Assembly: GCF_001194135.2 (NCBI RefSeq) | Contig: NC_068989.1 | Span: 91,543,933 to 91,580,716, forward strand | Direction: 5' to 3' | From: Octopus bimaculoides | Lineage: Eukaryota | DNA length: 36,784 bases | Part shown: in pieces, positions 1 to 9,725 of the stretch | Numbering within the stretch: the stretch's first letter is position 1 | How the letters are laid out: the number at the start of each line of letters is the position of its first letter | Made by a program: the position numbers and the translations under genes | The notes under the pieces: model-generated | The model's database searches: none | The model's input: only the letters and a program-made list of their open reading frames with translations | Told to the model about the DNA's origin: nothing

Positions 1-532
1 ATATATATATGTATGTATATATATATATATATATCGATTCATGTATATGTTTCTGTGTGAAAGTGAGTTTTTGCATAACCAGTTATTGTGGGCGCCAATA
101 GCGGAGACATTCTATGAGGTGTAGGTAATATATCTCTAGTTTATTTATCGCGAGATTTCACACTAGTCTCGTTATTTCCAATTGAGCAAATACAGGTTTA
201 TCAAGTTCGTTACATCAAAGATTGAAGCCAATTTCCTTCATTGATATTCATGAATTTCTTCATCAGAACTGTCGATCGAATAATCATAGAGTTAATATGA
301 TTCGAAACTCGACCCTCACTTCGATCACAAGAATTCTTCATACCTCCATTTATTGTATTGTCAGAAAATTTCGTGCGTTTTATTTATTATTATTTTTTGT
401 CTCAATTAATTTTATTTTTCGATATGACATTCTAATGTCTTATGTTTGTAAAGAGGTAAAATCAGTTCAAATTTCGAAAACGATGAAGATAATTAGTGGA
501 GGACAAATAGAGTTAATATATATATATATATA

Positions 533-752
533 CTTTTCTGTATATTCTTTTATTTTTTTATTTGTTTCAGTCATCTGACTGCGCCCATGCTGGAGCACCG
601 CCTTTAGTCGAACAACTCGACCCCAGGACTTATTGTTTGTAAGCCAAGTACTTATTCTATCGGCGTCTTTTACCGAATCGCTAATTTACGGGGACGTGAA
701 CACGCCAACATCGTTTGTCAAGCGATGGTGGGGGTACAAGCACAGACACAGA

Positions 753-803
<51 letters not shown>

Positions 804-936
804 ACGCTTCTTTCAGCTTCCATCTACAAAATTTACTCATAAGATTTTGGTCGGCCTGAAGCTATAGTAGAAGACACTTGTCCAAGGTGGTACGCAGTGG
901 GACTGAACCCGGAACCATGTGGCTAGTACGCAAGCT
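533..936 (-). mobile_element. tRNA-derived SINE, family A (internal (CA)n, A-rich tail); 5' end lost in N-gap
   Basis: Reverse complement reads ...ACATGGTTCCGGGTTCAGTCCCACTGCGTACCACCTTGGACAAGTGTCTTCTACTATAGC...(TG)n...CCCCGTAAATTAGCGATTCGG...GGGGTCGAGTTGTTCGACTAAAGGCGGTGCTCCAGCATGG...AAATAAAAAAATAAAAGAATA. It aligns with the copies at 4494, 12899, 25625 and 30407. Confidence 0.9.
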
Positions 937-1253
937 NNNNNNNNNNNNNNNNNNNNNNNNNNNNNNNNNNNNNNNNNNNNNNNNNNNNNNNNNNNNNNNN
1001 NNNNNNNNNNNNNNNNNNNNNNNNNNNNNNNNNNNNNNNNNNNNNNNNNNNNNNNNNNNNNNNNNNNNNNNNNNNNNNNNNNNNNNNNNNNNNNNNNNNN
1101 NNNNNNNNNNNNNNNNNNNNNNNNNNNNNNNNNNNNNNNNNNNNNNNNNNNNNNNNNNNNNNNNNNNNNNNNNNNNNNNTATATATATATATATATATAT
1201 ATTGTACATTAATTCAGGTTACGCTTGAAAGGATTGAAAAGGAACAATATTTG

Positions 1254-1425
1254 CCCGAGCGTGTGGAATCGTTAAAGCGTTTGATGAAATAACTTGCGAT
1301 AGTTTCCCGGCTCTTCTGTGTTTTACTCCGAGTTCAAATCCCGCTGAGGTCAACTTTCCCTTTTCCGCCTTTCGGCTTTGACGAAATACAAAGCCAGCCA
1401 ATCACTGAGATCGATACAATTAACA
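1254..1425 (+). mobile_element. SINE family B, degraded copy
   Basis: GGAATCGTT...GAGTTCAAATCCCGCTGAGGTCAACTTTCCCTTT, a B-box-like segment followed by the family B core. It aligns with 1461-1677. Confidence 0.7.
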
Positions 1426-1460
1426 AACTACGCTGCCATCCACTACAATTTTTTATTAAT

Positions 1461-1677
1461 GGCGGCGAGGTGGCAGAATCGTTTGCACGTCGGGTAAAAT
1501 TCTTAGCAGCATTTCGTTTGTCTTTAAGTTCGGAGTTCGAATTCCGTCGATGTCGACTTGCCCTTTTATCGTTTCAGGGTCAATGAAATTAGTACCAGTT
1601 GAACACTGGGTGGATGCAATCGGCTTACTCCCTATCCCGAAATTGTTGGTTCTGTGTCATAATTTGAAACAATCATT
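1461..1677 (+). mobile_element. tRNA-derived SINE, family B, near full length
   Basis: GGCGGCGAGGTGGCAGAATCGTT (A-box-like), GAGTTCGAATTCC (B-box), then GTCGACTTGCCCTTTTATCGTTTCAGGGTCAATGAAATTAGTACCAGTTG. Five further copies occur in the window. Confidence 0.9.
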
Positions 1678-1974
1678 TTCATGCGAAATGCTCTTTTTGG
1701 TGTTGAACACTATGTAGACCATGACAAGGACTCCTTCGATCGAAAAATACTTCTGCCTTACCCTGTTTGTACTTTCGCATCGTACATCCCTAATTTAGAA
1801 CGGTTCGACCTGAAGAAAACTTCACTGCTCTTTCTAGCAGATCAACTGAACATGCAGAACGGAAGAAATATTTTACGGCCGAGGTGGGGGTTTGTTTCAA
1901 GCGCCTGAAAACATAATTAATTAATTCTGAGCTGAAAAAACAATGAATCTAATTTTAGAAATTCATATGTATGC

Positions 1975-2310
1975 AAGCATGGCATTTCAGCCTCATGCTT
2001 CCGGGTTCTTTCCCACTTCACGGCATCAAGGTCAGGTGTCGTCTTTTAATGACTGGTTCGACCAATGCCTTGTGAATGATTTTGATTGAGGGAAAGCCTG
2101 TCACAAGCATTTATTATGTGTGCGTGGTATGTGATGTTGGTATTATGATGTTGGTATTATGATGTTGGTATGTTAACGTCTATACATCTTAACGTGCTCG
2201 GTAAAAGAGACCGGTAAAACTAGTAGCAGATACATATTAAAAAAGCATGTGTTCGGTAGGTCTGTTCGACTTAATCTTTTAACTGGTGCTCCAGCATCGC
2301 CTGAATTCAA
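1975..2310 (+). mobile_element. SINE family A, old degraded copy with internal 14-bp tandem duplication
   Basis: CATGCTTCCGGGTTC...TCGACCAATGCCTTGTGAATGATTTTG...TGTTCGACT...GGTGCTCCAGCAT matches family A. TGATGTTGGTATTA is repeated about 3 times at 2132-2171. Confidence 0.65.
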
Positions 2311-2439
2311 AGAGTGTTTTCATAAGCATTTGGACGTAAAGTAATATTCGCTGAATACTGTTTTTAGTAAACAAATGTTTGTTCTTTATGTAGTCAATGC
2401 TTGTCAGTTCTTTTTAGTAAGACACAACTTAGCGTCAGT

Positions 2440-2522
2440 CTGTCTCTTTCTCTCTGTCTGTCTGTCTGACTGTCGCATTCCCTCTCCTCCGCTTATATAC
2501 TTGTATGCTTGAGAACATGTAA

Positions 2523-2568
<46 letters not shown>

Positions 2569-2911
2569 ATATATATATATATATATATATAAATATATGT
2601 ACCTATGTGTGCGTGTGTGTGAGGGAACCTACGTAAAGTATGTTTATATATATTAAAAAGTTCTGTAGATGAATAATTAGGTATATGTATATATATATAT
2701 AGAGAGAGAAACTTATATATATGTTTGTGGTTGTACGTTTATATTTAACGCTTATATGTGTAATAAGATACATAATTATATATGTGTATGCGTGTTTATA
2801 TATACATATACATACGTACGTACACACATGCATATACGTATACATATATGCACATATATCTATATGCTTATATATACACACACATATGTGTATGTTTGTG
2901 TATTGTGTGTG

Positions 2912-2950
<39 letters not shown>

Positions 2951-3240
2951 ATCTCTGACGGTGTGTATGTATATATGTATGCATGTATATGTATGTACAT
3001 ATATTCCCTTAACTTAAAATTGCCGGAAGACCGCTCTCAATGTTATCCGCAGAGGATTACGTTTCGTTGAATTTTAATATCTCAATTTGAATCTCTAAAC
3101 ACACACGCGCATACGTGCATACATACTTACATACCTAGATACATACATACAGACATACAAATGTGTGTGTGTGTGTGTGTGTCTGTGTGTGCGTGTGTGT
3201 GTGTGTGTGTGCGTGGGTTTGTATCTGTGTCTATGTGTCT
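2440..3240. repeat. Compound microsatellite tract (TCTG)n/(TATC)n/(AT)n/(GT)n/(TACA)n
   Basis: Directly visible, e.g. (TATC)n at about 2523-2566, (GT)n at about 2914-2947 and 3162-3213. Confidence 0.95.
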
Positions 3241-3581
3241 CTATGTATCCTTATATATTAACCAATTCGGAATGGAGAATACAGTCCTGGCGTCTATAAT
3301 CTGCACATTTAATCCCATTTAATTTACCTACTACTTATACATACTTCAAAAACAATTACATCATCAGTCACACCCCGCCATCTCTCTCTCTCTCACTCTG
3401 TCTCCCTTTCTCACTATCTCTCTATATCGTTATGCATATTTATTTCACTTGTGATCTGTCTCTATCTCTCTCTAATTGTCCGCCTACTTATCCTCTCTCC
3501 CTCTTTCTCTTTTCACCCAATCTCGCACGGTCACAAATTCTGTTGACCTTCATTTATTTCAGTTTATCTATCCATCTTTTA

Positions 3582-3689
<108 letters not shown>

Positions 3690-4363
3690 NNNNNNNNNNN
3701 NNNNNNNNNNNNNNNNNNNNNNNNNNNNNNNNNNNNNNNNNNNNNNNNNNNNNNNNNNNNNNNNNNNNNNNNNNNNNNNNNNNNNNNNNNNNNNNNNNNN
3801 NNNNNNNNNNNNNNNNNNNNNNNNNNNNNNNNNNNNNNNNNNNNNNNNNNNNNNNNNNNNNNNNNNNNNNNNNNNNNNNNNNNNNNNNNNNNNNNNNNNN
3901 NNNNNNNNNNNNNNNNNNNNNNNNNNNNNNNNNNNNNNNNNNNNNNNNNNNNNNNNNNNNNNNNNNNNNNNNNNNNNNNNNNNNNNNNNNNNNNNNNNNN
4001 NNNNNNNNNNNNNNNNNNNNNNNNNNNNNNNNNNNNNNNNNNNNNNNNNNNNNNNNNNNNNNNNNNNNNNNNNNNNNNNNNNNNNNNNNNNNNNNNNNNN
4101 NNNNNNNNNNNNNNNNNNNNNNNNNNNNNNNNNNNNNNNNNNNNNNNNNNNNNNNNNNNNNNNNNNNNNNNNNNNNNNNNNNNNNNNNNNNNNNNNNNNN
4201 NNNNNNNNNNNNNNNNNNNNNNNNNNNNNNNNNNNNNNNNNNNNNNNNNNNNNNNNNNNNNNNTATATATGTATATATATATTACCTTATTCTATAATTG
4301 TTTCTGCTAGAGTTTACCATCTTGTAGTTTTCTTTAAATATTTATAAATTTCCTATGCATATA

Positions 4364-4480
4364 CATTATGGCCATATCACGTTGGAGCATCGGTTCTTCT
4401 CCGATCACCGAAGTTAAGCAGCCTCGAGGATGACGAGTACTTAGATGGGTGACCGCTTGGGAAACCTAAGTGCTGTAAGT
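4364..4480 (+). rRNA. 5S rRNA full-length degenerate copy (probable pseudogene)
   Basis: TTATGGCCATATCACGTTG...CCGATCACCGAAGTTAAGCAGCCTCGAG...AGTACTTAGATGGGTGACCGCTTGGGAAACC..AGTGCTGTAAG follows the metazoan 5S sequence end to end. The A-box (AGTTAAGC) and C-box (AGTACTTAGATGGGTGACC) are recognisable, and helix I pairs TTATGGC with GCTGTAA. It has many substitutions and no T-run terminator. Confidence 0.9.
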
Positions 4481-4493
4481 GTCTCACACTGTA

Positions 4494-4655
4494 GGCACAC
4501 AAGTGGATGTGTGGTAAGAAGCTTGCTTATCAACCACATGGTTCTGGTTTCAGTCCCACTGCGTGGCACCTTGGGCAAGTGTCTTCTACTATAGCCTCGG
4601 GTCGACCAAAACTTGTGATTGGATTTGGTAGACGGAAACTCAAAGAAGACCGTCG

Positions 4656-4687
<32 letters not shown>

Positions 4688-4986
4688 AAAAAAACAATAG
4701 CAAAAAAACAAAAAAACAACAAAGTGAGGACGTGATATGGATAGTATTATTGGACGCTCAGGAAAGGAAAGAGATAGTGTATGATGTTTTGTGTGTATGT
4801 GTTTGTCCCCCCCCCAACCGATGCTGTTATGTATACGTCCCCTTAATCTAGCGGTTCGGCAAGAGACACTGATAGAATAAGTACTAGGCTTAGAACGAAT
4901 TAGTCCTGGGGGCGATTTGCTCGACTAAAGGCCGTGCTCCAGCATGGCCGCAGCCAAATGACTGCAGCAAATAAAAAATAAAAGAA
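4494..4986 (+). mobile_element. tRNA-derived SINE, family A, full length with internal (AT)n and about 100-bp extra segment
   Basis: Head GTGGATGTGTGGTAAGAAGCTTGC...GGTTTCAGTCCCACTGCGTGGCACCTTGGGCAAGTGTC, (AT)n at about 4655-4683, 3' part ACGTCCCCTTAATCTAGCGGTTCGGC...GTGCTCCAGCATGGCCGCAG and tail AAATAAAAAATAAAAGAA. Confidence 0.9.
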
Positions 4987-5650
4987 CAATTGCTGACAGT
5001 AGATTTGAGCATTGATTGTTGCATTAGGTGGTAACAATTCAAAGTGAATTACTCCTTTGCAATCCCACCAGATAGAGAGAAGATCCTTTTCCCCCATGAA
5101 GTTCCCTTCTCGGTTGTGGTTGAGGTTTTGCCCTTTTAGCAAGCCACTGTTTACGACGTTTAACATTTCGATAGAAGTTCCGCTTCTCATCACCAGTCAC
5201 AAATCTATCCAAAAAGAGTGAAATAAGTTCGCGAGAATGGAGAGAAGAGCAGATGTCAATTCGGGATTTGCGGTTGCTTTCGGACAATTCATGAAGCACC
5301 CATTTTCCAAGTTTAGGAACCTTTCCAAGTTGTTGAAAATGATGATGAACAGTTGTATAGTTTGATCTAAGTTTTATTGCCAATTCTTCAACTGATAATG
5401 CAGGAGTTTCTCCAAGTAATGCCTCAAGGAGCTTATCATCGAACTCAACTGGACGTCCTGTTCGATCTTCATCTTCAAGGCTGAAATCTCCACTTCTGAA
5501 TTTTGCAAACCATCTTCTGCAAGTTCTTTCATTCAATCAATCTTTCCCATAAACTGAGTGTATGTTTCGAGTCGCTTCGGCTGCAGAGTTTCCTTTTTTG
5601 TACTCATAAAGCATTATGTGCCTTAAATGCTCTTTGGATACTTCCATGTT
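4987..5650 (-). pseudogene. mariner transposase pseudogene (2 frameshifts, 3'-truncated after the first catalytic D)
   Basis: Three overlapping frames join as MEVSKEHLRHIMLYEYKKGNSAAEATRNIHSVYG / NERTCRRWFAKFRSGDFSLEDEDRTGRP...KLGKWVLHELSE...LDRFVTGDEK...RRKQW / ...LLSIWWDCKGVIHFELLPPNATINAQIYCQQL. These are the mariner HTH, the WVPHEL-like linker and the TGDEK first-D motif. Confidence 0.95.
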
Positions 5651-5833
5651 AGAAAGGGTTTTAATCAAAGAAATTTTAATTCTATTATTTTGTAAAATAA
5701 TATTTAATTGGTTTAAATATACACTAATGCATAAAAATAATTTTAAAATTCCATTAGACATTCTAAAATACTATTAAATTTCATTCAATTTTAAAAAAGG
5801 TAAAATCGGACAGAACTTATGGGATGACATGAC
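4987..5833 (-). mobile_element. mariner element 5' half including probable left TIR
   Basis: Contains the transposase above. The 5' end on the minus strand reads TCATGTCATCCCATAAGTTCTGTCCGATTTT at about 5833-5803, a mariner-like terminus. The partner TIR is absent because the 3' half is missing. Confidence 0.75.
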
Positions 5834-5838
5834 AAATT

Positions 5839-5885
5839 ATGTAAATAATACATATAATGCTCATCCTTTAAATATAGAACTGAAT
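5839..5885 (+). mobile_element. Tail-only fragment of the hammerhead SINE family (HH1)
   Basis: ATGTAAATAATACATATAATGCTCATCCTTTAAATATAGAACTGAAT aligns with the HH1 3' ends (…GTAAATAATGTACATAATTCCTCATCTCTTAAATATAGAGCTGTATT at 7584-7630 minus; …TCATCTCTCATATATAGAACTGTATT at 20730-20755). Confidence 0.6.
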
Positions 5886-7170
5886 ATTTCTGTTCATATT
5901 CCAAATTATCATTCTTTTTAATCCTCTTCATTTTCCCTAAAGATGAGCATATATGTTAGTCAAAAGTTTTTTTTCAAATAAATTCTGTATCTTTGGATAT
6001 TTTTGTTGGGCGAGGAAAAACGTGCTTAGAAGAAATATATTTGTTAATAAAGAAGCTAGTCCTTAATTTGGAACACAAGTGTGTTCTCAAATGTATATCA
6101 AATTCTCTTTTGAAGAAACGAAACTATTGATGTATTTCTTGAATTACGAAGAACAAGGAAGTAACCAAAGAGAAGAATAGGAATATATTTACTCTGCATA
6201 TCAGCTTCGTTCTTCTTGACATAACACGACAAAGCTGTCAAGAAAATTAAATAAGTAACGGAAGCTTAGATAAATTAGCAGTTTCTTGGTTGCATCCTCT
6301 CACTTTTATTTGCATGAGGACTTTACGTTTTCTTCTTAAAATTTTCCAAATATGTTTATTACTGAACACCAAGCACAATAATATCTTTTTATATTTACTT
6401 CACGAATCATGCATCGTACCTTTCGCAACTACAAAGCAATGCCTCCTTCGCTAACGAGGTTAATAAAACCCGAATGAAGCTTGAGTTCTTTCCCTTAGTT
6501 GTCAAAAAATATAAATAACATTTATTAGACGTTAGCCGATCTCGCTACTTTTTCTCTCTTTCTTTCTGCATCATTATTAATAGTTATCTGCGTAATGCTC
6601 TCTGTATTAAATATATTAGCGCTAACTTATTTTATAGATTATGTTAAGCGAGTTTTGGATTTTCGTAGAATCGGTAACAATATTGAAATGAAATATTTAC
6701 TTCTCAAAGTGACATCTAGTGGGTTAATATAATGTACATTGCTTCTTAAAAGGAGCCAGATGATTGCGTTTATTTATGGAGTTGACTTTCGCAATATTAA
6801 GATTCCGTTATTCTGCAAGCCTGATATTCAATATATTCGTTTTTCATGTATATATATATTATAAGCATATGTATGTCGTTTATATAAATATTTGTTAGTT
6901 ACTTGGACTGATATATTGATACTAAATTACTTTGATAGTGACAGATCAACATTATATTTTCCCATAAACATAACTATATTTGTCACTGATAGACTTATTA
7001 CATATATGAATCTCAAAGTAATATGCAATAAAGCTAACCAATCGAAAGCTGGAAATAAAGAGTGAGAGAATGAAGCGAAGTATTTATCTCGCCGTCTCTT
7101 CATGTTATTATATATTTGCTCACACACAAATTGCGTTTGTTGTTTCTTCTTCCTAGCTATACGTGAACCA

Positions 7171-7388
7171 TAAATATTGGTTTCAAATTTTGGCACAAGG
7201 CCAGCAATTTCACGGTAGGGAATAGGTAGATTACATCACACCAATGCTCAACTGGTACTTATTTTATCGACCATGAAAGAATGAAAAATAAAGTCGACTC
7301 CGGCGGAATTTGAAGTCAAAACATAAAGACGGACGAAATACCGCTCAGCATTTTATCCGATGTACCAACGTTTCTGCCACTCACCGCC
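7171..7388 (-). mobile_element. SINE family B, full length
   Basis: Reverse complement reads GGCGGTGAGTGGCAGAAACGTTGG...GACTTCAAATTCCGCCGGAGTCGACTTTATTTTTCATTCTTTCATGGTCGATAAAATAAGTACCAGTTGAGCATTGG...GGCCTTGTGCCAAAATTTGAAACCAATATTTA. Confidence 0.9.
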
Positions 7389-7672
7389 TTACATAAACCA
7401 GAAATATTCTCACATCATATTTGCTGATGTTTTTCTTCGTTGTTGAGGGATGTCTTACTGTTTTTTCGCCCATGGTCAACACTATCGAGTAAACCTATGA
7501 TTAGAAACATCCAAGAGGTGACCCTCCTGTCTTACTAGGACTATGTAGACGGCGAATTGGCACATTCAGACAAAAGCATTAATAATACAGCTCTATATTT
7601 AAGAGATGAGGAATTATGTACATTATTTACACTATTTACATTTGACGGATATTTGTCCTCATCTTTGTTGCT

Positions 7673-7718
7673 GACACAACGTTTCGGCTGATATACCCTC
7701 CAGCCTTCATCAGATGTC
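7673..7718 (-). ncRNA. Minimal type I hammerhead ribozyme motif (intact core)
   Basis: The minus strand reads GACAT-CTGATGA-A-GGCTG-GAGGGTATAT-CAGCC-GAAA-CG-TT-GTGTC. Helix I is GACAT/GTGTC (5 bp), helix II is GGCTG/CAGCC, helix III is the palindromic ACGT, and the GUU triplet predicts cleavage between 7678 and 7677. Confidence 0.75.
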
Positions 7719-7804
7719 TTGGGGGAAAATTTCGAACCTGGGTTCTCATTCTAAAGGTTTTTTTCGATGTTATTCTTCTTCGTCTTCTTCTTCTTATTAT
7801 TATA

Positions 7805-7879
7805 CAGGCCACTGCCTGGAATCTAACTCGGAATCTTGGGGTTAGTAGCCTGCGCTCTTAACCACTACGCCATATGCCC
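7805..7879 (-). promoter_or_regulatory. tRNA-derived Pol III head (A and B boxes) of HH1
   Basis: GGGCATA-TGGCGTAGTGG-TTAAGAGCGCAGGCTACTAACCCCAAGATTCC-GAGTTAGATTCC-AGGC. The A box is perfect, the B box has one mismatch, and the CTACTAA loop resembles the tRNA-Ser CTGCTAA anticodon loop. Confidence 0.75.
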
Positions 7880-7898
7880 ACGTTCGAAATTTCCCCAA

Positions 7899-7944
7899 GA
7901 TATCTGATGAAGCCTGGAGGGTATATCAGTCGAAACGTTGTGTT
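7899..7944 (+). ncRNA. Hammerhead motif, inverted second copy (slightly decayed)
   Basis: GATAT-CTGATGA-A-GCCTG-GAGGGTATAT-CAGTC-GAAA-CG-TT-GTGTT. The core is intact, helix II has one mismatch, and helix I is mostly G-U pairs. Confidence 0.6.
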
Positions 7945-8230
7945 ACCAACAAACAAGATGAGGACAAATATCCGTCAACTGTAAATAATGTAAAAGCATT
8001 AATGTCTACGAATATTTATTAAATGTTTTACTTAAATAATGTTTACCCCACTGGTGATACTCGCTAATCTCCTAGCTATGGATCCTGTCGAGTAACATTA
8101 CTCAGGTGGTACTTCCGAGGGCCCCTATTCCACTTGCATGTATATGCAATACCACTCTATGGTAATTGTCCTTTATACTTTACGTTCTGAGTACCCAGAC
8201 AGGTGTGGCTAACGTAGCTATATCTAACCG

Positions 8231-8427
8231 ACAAAGCCCGAAATTCTGGGTGAGGGGGCCAGTCGATTTGATTAACCCCAATATTCAACTGTTATTTAAT
8301 TTATCAACCCCGAAAGGATGAAAGGCAAAGTCGACCTTGGCGGAATTTGAACTCAAGACGTAAAGATAGACGAAATACCACTAAGAATTTCGTCCGGCGT
8401 GCTAACGATTCTGCCAGATCACTGCTC
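8231..8427 (-). mobile_element. SINE family B
   Basis: Reverse complement reads GATCTGGCAGAATCGTTAGCACGCCGGACGAAATTCTTAGTGGTATTTCGTC...GAGTTCAAATTCCGCCAAGGTCGACTTTGCCTTTCATCCTTTCGGGGTTGATAAA...AATCGACTGGCCCCCTC. Confidence 0.9.
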
Positions 8428-9470
8428 TTGATTTCTTAGATATTGAAGGGAGAAAGAAATAAGAACAAAAACCTTAATGTCTCCTCTCACGGATAATTAT
8501 GGACTGCAGTGTTAAAAGTTGATTAGTTCACTGCTTGTTTAATAGTGAACAATTTTTATTAAGTTTGAATATCGTACTTAATTTTACACAAGACAATGGA
8601 TGTCCTGCAAATGGCATCTATTTCTTGTTTGAAGGATGTAAATGTCTGATGCTTTCCTTAAACCATGGATGATAATTTTGATAATCAAGGAATCCAATAA
8701 GAATCTACTTATACTGTTGATAAAGTTTTCTGTCGTTTTTGGTATAGCGCAATGGGCAGCTGGAAAGTCCATAACCAGCACATAGCGCTTGTCGGGGGAT
8801 TCGTTGAAACTTATTGCATATTGCATTACGCATAATCAGTGTGTAGCACTTCACAAAGAAGTAACAGTTAATCACAGAAAATTCCAACAAGCTTATATGA
8901 AGTTCTATGAGGAAAACGTAGCTGCTAATTCTAACAATTAGCACAATATAGCGATTCCCTTTTCTCTATATTTTTCTGCTCTTGAAGCGAATATAATATA
9001 AATAGTAAAACTGCTCTGGAGTTACCATCTTACTTTAGAATGGCCTTCATGCACAGACATATAAACAAAGTCAATCCAGGCATGCCCATCTCGTTTTTTT
9101 AAAAATTAAAACATAGTGAATCTGTAGCTACATTACGGAAGGTATATTTCTTGTTTATCTGTTCTACGCGCCGCGTATGTGTGAGGCTTAGATTCGAGAC
9201 AGATATGAAGCATATTTCTTGCCATCACACAAACTCTTCCTCGTTGCTTCGTATCCATGGGACATGAGAAAGTTTGTAATTAATGTTTTCGTTAATGCCA
9301 CGCATATGACAGTAATTGATGCTAAACCCTGACCCGATGAAATATTAAGCAATATATACATGTACTTAGAGTACCAGGGTGAGTGAGTACTTCAAAGACT
9401 TTTCCAGTTCCAAATTTACGAATCATAAATTATATCTTTTAGCTTTTGATGATTTCGGTAGTAAGCAGTA

Positions 9471-9725
<255 letters not shown>

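Larger units (their letters stand above)
7584..7991 (-). mobile_element. HH1: tRNA-headed, hammerhead-containing short retroelement with 5' inverted duplication and 12-bp TSD
   Basis: TSD AAAAGCATTAAT at 7572-7583 and 7992-8003. Inverted arms at about 7630-7737 and 7882-7991. tRNA-like head at 7879-7805 (minus). Hammerhead cores in both arms. Confidence 0.85.

Noticed and set aside
7805-7879. Functional tRNA gene
   Set aside because: The acceptor stem does not pair well, the B box is mutated, and it lies inside a TSD-bounded element. It is treated as a SINE head.
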